The notes under the pieces were generated by a model, which was not told the DNA's origin, made no database searches, and was given only the letters and a program-made list of their open reading frames with translations. From Mytilus trossulus (taxonomy: Eukaryota): a stretch of DNA of 64,000 bases. Below are positions 52,801 through 64,000 of this stretch, piece after piece. Location: contig NC_086380.1 in assembly GCF_036588685.1 (NCBI RefSeq), positions 19,034,001 to 19,098,000 of the forward strand. The letters are read 5' to 3'. Within the stretch, counting starts at the first letter, position 1; the number at the start of each line of letters is the position of its first letter. A program made the translations under genes and the position numbers.

Positions 52801-55607
52801 CATTCGAGCAAGTTGAGATGTGTAAACATCATAAGATGTTGAAAAGGGAACACCACCATCTAAAAATGGACAATTAATCACCTATTGTATCGTACATTAC
52901 TGAAGTAAGAATCCCCTTAGATATCAAGACCCAGGAAAGGGCAGTGTTCATTGTTTGACTTAGCATCTTTCAAGTCAGTTAAGAAAATGAATTTCTTTTT
53001 ACTGTATATCCTGAACTCGTTATTCTTGAGATCCAATATTTACCAAATACTGTGAAAGTACTTTAATTCGTGGGTATCAATTTTAGTGGTTTAAGCAATA
53101 TTTACATGTCCGTGGCTTAAATTCGTGGATTTTAGTTTTGCGTTATTCAATATAATTATTCTATAGATCATATCAGTAGTCCAACCTACCGATGAGGATC
53201 TTTCCATGTCTTGATTTGGACAATTGTTGTTTGATTTCGTTTGTCACTTAAATTCGTGGATAAAGTTATCCACGAAAACCACGAAAATTAGTACCCAACG
53301 AGATTCTAAAATTAGATGCCACATTAAAAATGACATGTATTTTCTCGTACGGTCTTGTTTAACTTACTCACTGTCTCGATGACAATGCCAGCGATTTCGG
53401 GATTTCTAAATATTGTCTTAACATGCATACTAAGAAACTTTCCATAAAATTTCATCCAGTCGGGTTTAATAATAAAACATCGATCATTTAAAACTATGTT
53501 TCAAATTTATATTGTTTCCATGGTAACGATAATCATTTTCAACCATTCCATAAATGAATGCACGACTTTACAAAACTTTAAATTATTGAATACTTAGGCT
53601 CGTCTACATCAGAAATATATTACCTCGGCTGTATTATTAATTTGACAAAACCTTTAGTTTTTTTTTAGACTTTAGTGCTCTTCAACTTCATAATGTTTAT
53701 AATGGCCATTCTAACTTTTTTATTCGGTTGTCAATAGTGAACTTTTGTAGACGAAACGTACGTCTGGCGCAAATATAGATTTCCAAACCTGGTATCTATG
53801 AGGATTTTTTTTACATGAGAGTGCTCATTGTAGTATAATTACATTAACATCGAGTCAGTCAATTCCGAGAAATATCATGGACAAAAGATGTGGAAGAATA
53901 CGAAAAAAAAGAAAAAGGTAACTTTGTTGTGGGATGTTCTTATTATTATAAATTGAATAATTTAACTTCGACATAAAGTGTGGGGTTGTGATCAATTTCA
54001 TTTTTTTATGTAATGAACAGTGTTCAGTGGTGTGTATAATTGTTTTTTTAAATAGTTATTACGTCCAAAATATTTGTATTTTCGGTACAAAATTTTCTCT
54101 GAATATATATTTCTACGATGTTCTACGCCTATGAGAAAGATTTTAACGAATTAGTTCAACAACTATACCATTAACCTTCACGGAATAGGTTCTTTGTATG
54201 TAGTCTTATCATTAAGACCAGGAGTGTTGACTGTCGGGGAAAAAACACATTTTAAGTCAATTATTATCCGTGATCGTTCAAACCAGGCTGCTTATTACGC
54301 ATATATCCCATAGAACTAGAGATAAAGAATAAAACAGATACAGTTAAGTCGGCCTCATATCTTGACTTACATCTAGAAATTGACAATGAGGGTCGATTGA
54401 AAACAAAACTTTACGACAAAAGAGATGATTACAGCTTTCCAAATGTGAACTTTCCATTTCTAAGTAGCATCATTCCTACAGCACCTGCATACAGTGTATA
54501 TTTCTCCCAATTTATATGATATTCCCGTGCTAACATTTCCTATCATGATTTTCTTGATAGAGGGTTGGTGCTCACAAGGAAGCTATTCAATCAAGAGTTC
54601 CAAATGGTGAAGTTGAAATCATCTCTTCGTAAATTTTACGGACGCCATCACGAGTTTACCGTTATGGAATAACCGTTTCACACATGATATTGATTATGTT
54701 CCTTACGTCGTAACTACAATAATCCCCTTCCCTTTCATATATGTGACCTACCGAAATAGACTATTTACCGGATTTGTTATCTCATAAGCAACACGACCGG
54801 TGCCACATGTGGAGCAGGATCTGCTTACCCTTTTGGAGCTCCTGAGATCACCCCTAGATTTTGGTGGGGTTCGTGTTGTTTATTCTTTAGGTTTCTATGT
54901 TGTGTAATGTGTACTGTTGTGTGTCTGTTTGTCCTTTTAATTTTTAGCCATAGCATTGCCAGTTAATTTTCGATTTGTGAGTTTGACTGTCCCTTTGGTA
55001 TCTTTCGTCCCTCCTTGTGTATTAAGTTGATATTCTGTGAGTATACTGATTGACGCTATTTAAGCTGTCATATTTTAATAATGTAAAATGAATACTCATT
55101 TTTTAAATAAAACCATTTGACCTAAAACACTATTTATATGATTGAGGAAATTATAGACTGCTGGTATCAATAGATTGCAAATGTAATTTGTAAAACGAAA
55201 TGAATGTTTAGCGCCATTGTCTTTTCATTGTCTTTGTCTTGTTTGTTAATTGTTTAATATCTATTGGAGAGAGCAAAACAATTTCCCGTCGCCAGATTGT
55301 CTGTGATGTACACATATAAAAGAAATCATAGACTTAAATTAAGTTTTGAATGAAGTGGCATGTGTATCCTTCCAAAAAAATTCTCATGGGATAATTTTTT
55401 ATATCAAATTCTGGTCGACTACGATGGATTTTTTTAACGATCTTGACAAGCTATAAATAATTATGTTTGCCTTATTTATCACTCAATTTAAAATTAAATG
55501 CTTTCCTTACCTGTGTTAACAAGCAAGGCTGAAAATTTTTGCGTAACTAGTTCATGCCCGTAAAACGCAATAATTGTTCCAAAAAAACAGTTAAATGCAA
55601 AACCCAT
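32691..55607 (-). CDS. Predicted ~834-aa membrane-anchored NAL1-like (bacterial-type S1) serine protease, 8 exons
   Basis: Exons 55607-55511, 47703-47194, 38895-38824, 37890-37843, 36817-36776, 35957-35838, 35191-34028 and 33142-32691. All have AG acceptors and GT donors (one GC: AG|GCAAGT), all introns are phase 1, and the joined frame of 2505 nt is open. Linkage of the first two exons to the rest is less certain. Confidence 0.65.
34028..35191 (-). CDS. Exon: helical region, NAL1-like N-domain and first half of the trypsin-like protease (His, Asp)
   Basis: CIHLYCKKKGIIPLGEDHFPTSIHGIPTDIIEG; GTLGGFV...FLTCAHV; SIDAALV. Confidence 0.88.
38824..38895 (-). CDS. 72-nt exon encoding a transmembrane helix
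   Basis: ttccag|GT TGT TGT TTC CAA AAA ATA GTC ... ATC TTA T|gtaagt = GCCFQKIVTIFIVILFSPGLLVIL. Confidence 0.7.
39113..40187 (+). mobile_element. Helentron-type non-autonomous element (HINE-like) with internal ~147-bp tandem repeats
   Basis: T-run then GACGAGCC...AGCTCGAC inverted motif and (GCG)n. TGACCTTGACCTCATTTTCATGGTT recurs at ~39286, 39440, 39586, 39733, 39880 and 40027. Ends ...GGCGAGATATTTCAGCGTGTGCACTCTTGTTTT. Confidence 0.75.
41330..42250 (-). mobile_element. Degenerate 3' fragment of a LINE (CR1/L2 group)
   Basis: Minus-strand EQHLKFCKFSLDVNNRVTHIAVMADSG*YPL resembles the LINE C-terminal E..H.KFCK..L.V......AV..ELGR.PL. Confidence 0.55.
44018..44370 (-). mobile_element. Full-length family-1 retrozyme monomer
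   Basis: Reverse complement of 16956-17292 with high identity. Confidence 0.85.
44051..44094 (-). ncRNA. Type I hammerhead ribozyme (intact)
   Basis: Minus strand: GCGUCA-CUGAUGA-GUCU(UAUGU)AGAC-GAAA-CGCGCG-UC^-UGGCGU. Confidence 0.9.
47194..47703 (-). CDS. 510-nt exon encoding an unrecognised domain
   Basis: tttcag acceptor, open 170-codon frame (GYMVLDIFNG...VNYFMIS), cag|gtaaat donor; non-repetitive and protein-like composition. Confidence 0.7.
47754..47812. repeat. Imperfect (GT)n microsatellite
   Basis: Read directly. Confidence 0.9.
47974..49295. mobile_element. TIR element (CAGTG...CACTG) enclosing a Penelope-like family B 3' fragment
   Basis: ~58-bp TIRs at 47974-48031 and 49238-49295. 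The interior encodes KCQYSPQKLTK.L.RLI.KGYSYDTVV.S, with a ~147-bp tandem duplication at 48020-48300. Confidence 0.65.
49500..50145. mobile_element. MITE-like element
   Basis: GTACCCAAATTGCACCT (49524-49540) is inverted as AGGTGCAATTTGGGTAC (50121-50137). Confidence 0.55.
50650..52740 (+). mobile_element. Two head-to-tail HINE-like elements (50650-~51525 diverged; ~51530-52740 more intact)
   Basis: Each starts with a GTCTTTCCAC...GGAAA inverted pair and ends in GGAAAGACCT plus a hairpin (CAATTGTTCTCTGAACAATTG in copy 2); collinear homology. Confidence 0.75.
53049..53305. mobile_element. MITE-like element
   Basis: TTCGTGGGTATCAATTTTAGTGGTTT (53067-) is inverted as AAACCACGAAAATTAGTACCCAACGA (53276-). 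Confidence 0.55.
53620..53800 (+). mobile_element. Decayed family-1 retrozyme (catalytic core destroyed)
   Basis: ...TTGTAGACGAAACGTACGTCTGGCG is retained but CUGAUGA is mutated. Confidence 0.6.
54290..55015 (+). mobile_element. Penelope-like family A 3' fragment
   Basis: IYPIELEIK..TDTVKSASYLDLHLEIDNEGRLKTKLYDKRDD.SFP.VNFPFLSS.IP.APAY..., followed by the family 3' end. Confidence 0.85.
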
Positions 55608-56400
55608 GTCTTTAAATGAATTACTATTAAAGTTGATATTTATAAACCAGACAGTCTTGTGGTTTGTTGTCGTTTTCGGAAATACACTTCATAGAACAAG
55701 GTGAAATTAGTCAAAAAGAATGAATACGCAGTCATTTAAACCTTCTGTGTACCGAATTTTCCACACTGACTTTACAACCTTGATGATTTAAATTATCGAT
55801 TGGTATCAAATAACCGTATTACATTGTAGTGGTTGTGAATGTGTTCATACTTTGCCAAAACGTAGTATCTATTGATACAAGTTGAAAAATATAATAAAAA
55901 TGATAGGTCACCGCGCATTTTCTCAAGCTTCAGGACGGGACAAAATGACAGATTTTGTATGGATTATACAGGGAAAAACGCCATTTTGTGATTTGAAACT
56001 AAACAAAAGGATAGAATACTTCAGGATAAGATAGATTTCAGACACTGCTTTGAGAATATCAAAAGAAAAGATAGGGTCACCGTACGTTTTTCCCGGCTAA
56101 AGTACAAAATAAGAAAATTCCATGTAGGAACCTTCAGAAAATGAACTGTTTTAGAGTAACCTCCCCTTAAAATTTCAACTAGAAAAAAAATAAAACCAAC
56201 CAAAAATGATTAATACTTGCAAAAATATTAATATCAATAAGTTATACGTTATATTCGTATAAATTGGTTCTTATAAATGAAAATTCACATTGAATAACTG
56301 CATTCCTGCATCAAATTTTGCTAACTTGATCGAAAATCTGGACCTTTGGTTCTCTGTTTTTTACAATCCAAGATGGAGGAAAACACCCATACCACCTTAA

Positions 56401-56982
56401 GCTAGATAGGGTGTTTTCCTGCATTTTGGATTTTGACGTACCAGAAAACAAGGTCTAGATGTTTGATACAATGTGCAAATTTTGATAGTAGTAGGTAATT
56501 CATGAGTAAGATTTTTATCATGTTTACGGTTGTATATTACCAAAAAACAAATACTTTTGTTTGATTCATTTTTTTCCAACTTTGCCAATTAAGGGGAGAC
56601 AACTCAAATGCAAGGGCAGATAATTCAGATAGTGTTACTTTTGCAATAGAATGTGTTAGGAATTTACCCATGTTATTATGTAGCAAGAAAACGAGTCTGG
56701 TGACCCCATTTTTTCTTTTTTTTATCTGAAAGAATAATATTTGAGCTATTTTCCTATATTTTATCTCAAAATTCTATGGTGTAGTTTTCGTTTTATAACC
56801 GAAAATTGGGTTTTCCATGCATAATCTATACAAAATTTTACAATTTTGCGCAACCTGTAGTAAAAAATAAGTCTGGTGACCTATTATTTTTATTAATGTT
56901 CTTAAATAAGCAGGATATAAACTACATTTTGGCAAATTATTAAGAATTTCTATGAATTATAATTTAGACACCCTATCTACCT
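56401..56982. mobile_element. Non-autonomous TTAA-target DNA transposon (Kolobok/piggyBac-like)
   Basis: TTAA-GCTAGATAGGGTG ... CACCCTATCTACC-TTAA; a related truncated copy lies immediately upstream (~55900-56396). Confidence 0.65.
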
Positions 56983-56985
56983 TAA

Positions 56986-58781
56986 GGGGTCAACTGACCG
57001 TTTTGGTCATCTGACTTATTTGTAGATCTTACTTTGCTGAACATTATTGCTATTTACAGTTTATCTCTATCGATTAAAATATTCAAGATAATAACCAAAA
57101 GAGGTAAAATTTCCTTTAAAATTACCAATTAGGGGGGAGCAATCCAACAACCAGTTGTCGGATTTGTCTGAAAAATCCAGGGCATGAAGATCTTAACTTG
57201 ATTAGCAATTAAATCCAGTCAAATTTTTTCTAAATGTTTTGGTTTCAGAGTTCTAAACTAAAATCTACATTTTACCCATATGTTCTATTTTCAGCCATGG
57301 CGGCCATCTTCGTTGATTGGCCGGGTCATACCACACATTTTTTAAACAAGATACCCAAAAGAAAATTTTGCCCAAATTTGACGTGATTTGGCACAGTAGT
57401 TTCAGAGGATAAGATTTTTTTTAAAGTTAACGACGACGGACGACAACAGACGACGGACGCCATGTGATGAAAAGCTCACTGGGCCCTTCGGTCCAGGTGA
57501 GCTAAAAAAAAAAAAGGTGATAAAACGGATAATCATGATGATCTTAGTGAATTTCCTATGTCCAAGGGCTGTGACTCTGCACAAAATTATCAGACAGAAC
57601 AAAGTTAAAACTTGATCTGAAACCTGTCATGATACAACTATATATCAATTTTCATATCAAAATCAACGAGTATGACAAGTACACAAGAGGCTCTAAAGAG
57701 CCTGTGTCGCTCACATTGGTGTATGGGCACATATTGAATCATAACACAATTGTGTTTTGGTGATGGTGATGTGTTTCTAGATTTTTACTTTACTGAACAT
57801 TCTTGATACTTTCAATTTTCTGTTTCTATAATAAACTTGGCCCATTAAATACAGAGGAAAATATTTCGTGAAAATTTACAAAAATTTACTTAAGTAATAA
57901 AAATTATACATCAATGTAAGGCAAACTGTGGCAATGTTGCTTCAATTTTTTGTTAAAGATTTAAAAAAAAAAACATTAAACATTCATATATAATTCTACA
58001 TGTATGTTCATTTAAGGAATTAATCACTAAGGCAAATAATTCATAGTTTATCAAGGTTTCAAAAGCAACGCATATATCAAGTATATATTTTTTTTCGTGG
58101 TCATGAATCTTGATTCTGCAGAGATTTAAAATTTACAAAAAATAGGTAAAAAAATACTATAAAGGGCAATAACTCCTTAAGTGATCAACTGACCATTTTG
58201 GTCATGTTGACATATTTGTAGATCTTACGTTGCTGAACATTATTGCTGTTTAAAGTTTATCTCTATCGGTAATAATATTCAAGATAGTAACAAACTAGAG
58301 GTTCTCAGAGCCTGTATCGCTCACCTTGGTTTATGTGCATATTAAACAATCGACACAGATAACTTCATGACAAAATTGTGTTTTGGTGATCGTGATGTGT
58401 TTGTAGATCTTACTTTATATAACATTCTTGTTGCTAAAATTATCTCTATCTATATTGAACATGACCAAAATATTGTTTTCTAAAGTAGATACCCCAATGA
58501 TGATTGTGATTAAGTTTGGTTAAATTTGACCCAATAATTTCAGAGGAAAAGATTTTTAAAAGCATTCTAAAATTTTAGAAAAATAGTTATATTGGCTATA
58601 GAAGGCAATTACTCCATAATGGGTCAACTTACAATTTTGGTCATGTTGGCTTATTTGTAGATCTTACTTTGATGAACGTTATTGCTGTTTACAGTGTATG
58701 CCTATCTTTAATAATACTCAAGATAATAACCAAAAACTGCAAAATTTCCTTTAAATTGCTAATTCATGGCAGCAACCCAAC
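56986..58781. mobile_element. Cluster of HINE-like element fragments
   Basis: Repeated GTAGATCTTACTTTGCTGAACATTATTGCTG units, ACAAGAGGCTC..AGAGCCTG..TCGCTCAC ends at 57683 and 58295, and a GACGAC microsatellite with an AGCTCAC...GTGAGCT hairpin at 57430-57503. Confidence 0.6.
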
Positions 58782-58992
58782 TGTGACGGATGGGTTAACT
58801 AAAGTCTAGACAGGCAGTAAAACAACGTCTGGTTCGTTTGATCGTATAATCTCAAATCAATATAGCAACATGATACATAACAATAGCACAACGTTAACAG
58901 AAGATATGATGACGTTAACAATGTTAATGGAAACGGCGTTAAAAGTAGTTAACGTTTGACGCGTAAGTTAAACTGTCTCTAAATCACCAACA
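58782..58992 (-). repeat. 3' LTR of the BEL/Pao element (~211 bp)
   Basis: Minus strand begins TGTTGG (58992) after GGCCCCGAGTA and ends GTCACA (58782), where the HINE sequence resumes. Confidence 0.65.
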
Positions 58993-61900
58993 TACTCGGG
59001 GCCACCAGATGCAATGTCCATTAGCTGTGATATGTAGTGGCATGCGGAAAGAACAAAAAATAGATTGATCTCACAAATAATTAAAAATTAACAAGTCTGT
59101 TCACACACGTTAGTTGCTACGTTCACTTCGTCTCAGATAACAGTCCATGCTGTTGACTTCTAATGGGTAGAGTTTCGTCACGGGTCGATTTGTAATTCCT
59201 GATTTGGTACGCACCAAAGCGACGCGTACTAAGCCGTCCTTGCCTTTAATAGTGTCCTGCACAACTCCAAGTCTCCAATGCACGCGCTTTGATTCGACGT
59301 GTATCTGAACGACATCGCCTTCTTTAATCTTCCGAACGTCGACTCCAGCTCTTTGGTGATATTCTCGCAATGAAGTAAGGTATTCTCCTTTCCATCTTGT
59401 CCAGAAGTTCTCAATCAATTGTCTCTGTCGTATCGCTTGATTGTTCAAGTTTGTATGTGTTACTTCACAAACATTTAGATTGTCAATAGCACTATTTGAC
59501 GATACATACGGTAAAGTTGTTATTCTTCGTCCATGTATAAGATTGGATGGTGTAAGCGGCTCCGGATCTCTAATATCTGTTGAAATATACGTCACTGGTC
59601 GATCGTTGAGTGTGGCTTCGATCTCTGTTAATACAGTCCTTAGAGTCTCATTGTTGACATGTGCACGTCCTAATACTTTCTTAAGTGATATTTTTGTTAA
59701 GCCAATCATTCTTTCCCACATGCCTCCGAACCATGGAGCTCTATTTGGGATGAACTTCCATTCAATGCCATAATTCTGAATATTTTCTTTAACTTTTCTA
59801 GAATTGCAAAGTCGTGAAATTTCGTTTGAAGCAGCTTTAAATGTGAGCGCATTATCTGACATCATTTTTTTCGGCACTGATCGTCGACTTGCAAATCTCC
59901 GGGAACACAATAAAAAAGATTCCTCGCTGAGATCGTAAACTAATTCCAAATGTACGGCTCGAGTGACAGCACATGTAAATAGGCAAATGTAAACCTTCGA
60001 TTATTCGTTGTGTCTGTTTCTTGTCGTTAGCGCACCTGTGAAGTCTACACCGGTTATGCTAAAGGGTGAAGCATCTTGAACTCTCTCCTTTGGTAATGGT
60101 GGAATTTCTGGTGCGGGATAAGATTTTCCGATTACTTTTCGGCACGTTACACATTTCGACAATATAGATTTCACGCACTGTCTTAATTTCGGAATCCAAA
60201 ATGTTTGTTGTATGTATGCTAGAGTGATATTTATACCTGAATGTAGTGTGTTCTCATGTGCGTCTAACACTATCAAATGTGTAAGACGGTCCTTTGCTGG
60301 TAACAGATATGGAAACTTGACTGTTTCTCCTACTGTCGCATTGTCTATTCGGCGGCCACCACATCGTAATAATTGTTTTTCGTCTAGAAAAAGCTTTAAT
60401 TGTCGCACAAGTGTTTTACGTTTTGTAGAATTATCTATACAATTTATTTAGTCACTAAATATTTTACCTTGTGTATATCTTATCCATAGGAATTTTCAAT
60501 TTTCAATTTCATCACTACGTAACAAATATTTCTTTCGTTCGGTTTCCGTTGCTCTGCAGTTTGTTGCAAATCTCATTACATATGCGGTAATGCGGGTTAA
60601 TTTTCTATAAGAATTTTACCGTTCGATATCTATGATTTCTCCTATACCAATACATACATTTTGAGTTTTCTCTATAGTTTCAATTTTGTCATCGTTCTCC
60701 GACATTGTTGTACATACACTAGACGTTACATTGTTTCCGTTCCATGTCGGCCAATCTTCTTTGCTGTTTAACCATTTGGGACCACTAAACCATATTTCAT
60801 TCTGTTGCAGTTCTTCAGATGTTATACCACGTGTAAGCAGATCTGCGGGATTGTCTTTCGTAGGGCAGTATCTCCATACATTATCTCCACACAAACTTTT
60901 AATTTCTTCAATTCTATTTCGGATAAATTGTCTCTGTGGTTTTACGGATGTAAGCCAACTTAGTACGATTTGACTATCACTCCAAACTTGTATTTCACTG
61001 AAAGTTTCTGGAAAGTTTTTGCAGATATGATCAGCAAGCCTCGCTCCAATTACAGCCCCCATGAGCTCTAGTTTTGGTAAAGTTATAGTCTTGATAGGCG
61101 CAACTCAATTCTTTGCCATTACTATTGTTGGTTTTCTGTCATACATGATGTACACGCATGCGCCATACGCATGAGTTGAAGCATCGGTAAATACATGAAG
61201 AGTTGGTAAATTTCTGTTATTCTCGTTTTGTGTTTGAGTACTTCGATGAATCTCTGTTTCTAAGCTCGTTGCTAGATCTCGTGAAATTAATATCCATTTT
61301 GATTGGATGTCTTCCGGTAATATTTCGTCCCACTCCAAGTTAAGCTTCCAAAGTGATTGCATAAAGATTTCCGCTTTTACAGTAACTGGGCTTAATAGTC
61401 CAAACGGATCGAAAATCTTGGATTATTGCCGTAAAATATATCTTTTAGTCAGTTTTCCTTTTTTGTCCATCTCGAACGTGTTACTTTGATAAAACAACTT
61501 GTCCGATTTAGCGTTCCATTGCATACCAAGAATTTTAGGAAGCTCATCTTTGTCTAAGGTTTTTTCTTTGCTAGCGATTTCTTGTAATTTTGGACTGTTT
61601 GAATTCCATGAGCGTAGGTTAAATCCGCCTTTCGTAAGTAATTCTCTCGATCTCCTGTAATAATCTATTACGTCATTTTCGTTATCAAAGCTAGTTAAAA
61701 TGTTGTCTACATATAACCCATTTTCAAGTGTATCTGAAAGTTTCCCCGGATTTTCCTTAACGTGCTTGAGAAGTGTGGCGCTCAAAATGAATGGCGAACA
61801 TGTAGCACCGAAGAGTACGGACTTGAAGCGATATGTTATTAGCGGACTTGATGTGTTTGTAGGATCGCTCAGCCATAAGAACCTCGTTGCATCTCGGTCT

Positions 61901-64000
61901 TTCTCGTCGAGCTGTATTTGTAGAAATGCCTTTTCTAAATCTGATGTTGTAGCATATTTCTTAGCGCGAAATCTCATAAGTATTCCCGTAATATCATTCA
62001 TAACAGATGGGTGTGTTTCTAAGCATTCATTTAGACTTGGATTATCTCTTCCATCTTTGCAGCTACAATCATAAACAATGCGTATTGGCGTAGTAGATTA
62101 TTCCTTGGCAACAGAATGATGCGGGATATAGTGCACTGGTCGATCGGTAGGAAGTTTTGTTTCCTCAACCTTTTCAATAAAATGTCTTCTCTCCTGCTCC
62201 CTTATGATATCTCCATACATTTTCAATAAATCGGGTTTGTTTGCTAAACACCTAATAACGCTACTTGTCCTCCATGTTATGTGGTAGCGGAAGGAAATCT
62301 AGTTTCCATGGTAACTTAGCTGTGTACTTTCCATCTTCTAGTATTATAGACTTTTCTCCGTATTCTCGTACAACTTCCGACTGACTTTTAATGGTATCGC
62401 TTCCTGAAACCCCCAACGCTTCTAAGTTCCAAAACTTTTCCAAGTCGCAAACAACGGCTCTGTGATCAGTCAAAATATTCAACATTGCTGATTGTTTTGA
62501 ACTACTTCCGTTTTTAGTTAGTACGGGTCCCGACAAGAGATAACCTATTTTCGACTTTACTGCGGTCGGTCCATTTCCTCTTATTATTTCGTCTTCAACT
62601 ATTGACCAGTAATAGTCTGCACCAATCAATAAAGATATGTTAAACTTGTCTTCTGCGCATATCGGATGTGCGAGTCGTAAACCACGTAAGTATGGCAGTG
62701 CTTTGATTTCCTTTTGTGATTTTGTCTGAATAGGAGCGGCAATTTTCGGTACAATTATTACTTCTATTTCTATTCTTTGATTATCAACTGTTTCAATAGC
62801 TATGTTTGCTTTATCAAGATGATGAACTTGTCCTTCGTTTCCTCCAAATCCCGATATTTTCAGTGCAATCTTTTCGGTGGATTCAATTTCTAGTTTTCTA
62901 GCTAAATCTTCAGTTATGAATGAGTTTTGTGCTCCCTCGTCAAGTAGAATATTTGTCATGATAGATCGATTTTCGGACCAAACTGGAGTTACGGCAGTTT
63001 TCAGTAAAACATCTGTATGTGCAGTAACAGTAGAATGTAAGGATGTGGTTAGCTCCAGTGGCGTTTCCTCTACGGCGGTATGTGCTACGGTCATTTGTGT
63101 ACTATACTGGTTTTCGGTCAAGCTCTTTGGTTCTGTGTTATGTACTTGTACATGTATACTCGTGTGATGTCTCTTTCCGAACTGGCGGCATTTAAATTCA
63201 GACTTATATTCAGCTACTCTATGATTTCCGAAACAGTTAAAACATACCTTTTTTCGCTTCACAATTTCTATTTGTTTCTCAACATCTTTCACGTTTTTGC
63301 ATGTATTTGGATGATGGGATTCTTCACAAAAATAAACATTTTTTACGTGACTGTTTTCCGTTCTTTCCTTTAAATGTTTCGGCAATAAACGAAGCGGTCG
63401 GTAAAATTTCTAAATCTTCATTACTTGAACCTGTAGATTGTCCTGCGACCTGTACGCATACTTCCCTCTTTATTGCTGTTCTCAATGATTCGATGTCCCA
63501 GTCGTCGTTTCCGCGGTCTCGGGTTATGTTTTTTCGTACATAGGACGGCAACTTATTGTATATTATAGGCGTAAGAATAACTCCAAATGTACTCTCGTTT
63601 GTTCCTAACGATTCTAATCCGCGTATGCTACACTCAATTCTATCGGAAAAGTTTCTCAAACTGTCTGCGTTTGACCTCGGTGCGGGTAAATCAATTAAAT
63701 TCTGAATATATGCGTTCGTGATTTTGTGGTTCTGACCAAACCTCTCTCTCAGTATTGATACGGCTTGATAGTAATTTGCATTTGTGAGTGGTAAACCGGC
63801 GATACATTGCGCGGCTATTCCCTGAATTTGATTTTGCAAATACGTAAATTTCTGCACGTCTGTTAATGTTTGGTTATCGTGTATTGTTGATTGATACGCA
63901 TCCCAGAAAGGTTGCCAGTTTAACAAATTGCCTTTAAAATATGGTAGATTCAATTTTGGTAGCTTGTGGTAGATGCTAGAATTTGTTGCGCTCATTGACG
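58782..64000 (-). mobile_element. BEL/Pao LTR retrotransposon, defective, running off the window edge
   Basis: gag KLPKLNLPYFKG...W..FW, CCHC-like knuckles, protease LLDEGAQ, RT DLEKAFLQI/FGATCSPF/YVDN, RNase H FTDAS..AYG, integrase H-H-C-C and GVDFTG/SDNA/WERM, GPY-like RPVTKLYPLE. Several frameshifts and stops. Confidence 0.95.

Noticed and set aside
59441-63543. Plus-strand ORFs over the BEL element
   Set aside because: Antisense shadows of the gag-pol frame.

Overview
AT-rich, repeat-dense animal genomic DNA, probably from a mytilid bivalve (inferred from the C1q-domain gene, the Penelope, Helentron and retrozyme repeat families and the codon style). Three host loci are visible. (1) The terminal exon of a C1q-domain gene (+, 1633-2027). 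(2) A multi-exon secreted C-type lectin + 2x vWA gene with stops and frameshifts, so a pseudogene (+, 11433-25019). (3) An apparently intact 8-exon gene on the minus strand (55607->32691, ~834 aa, all introns phase 1). It encodes a hydrophobic N-terminus, an unrecognised ~170-aa domain, one transmembrane helix, micro-exons, a helical region and a NAL1/bacterial-type trypsin-like serine protease with an intact H-D-S triad. The rest is mobile DNA: an internally rearranged Academ transposon that has spawned a 33-bp minisatellite, a CR1/L2-group LINE, Penelope-like fragments, a defective BEL/Pao element with its 3' LTR, a Gypsy relic, Helentron-type non-autonomous elements, MITEs, a 170-bp satellite with a 7-mer higher-order duplication, and several hammerhead-ribozyme (retrozyme) monomers from at least two families. 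All calls were made by eye, with no database searches.
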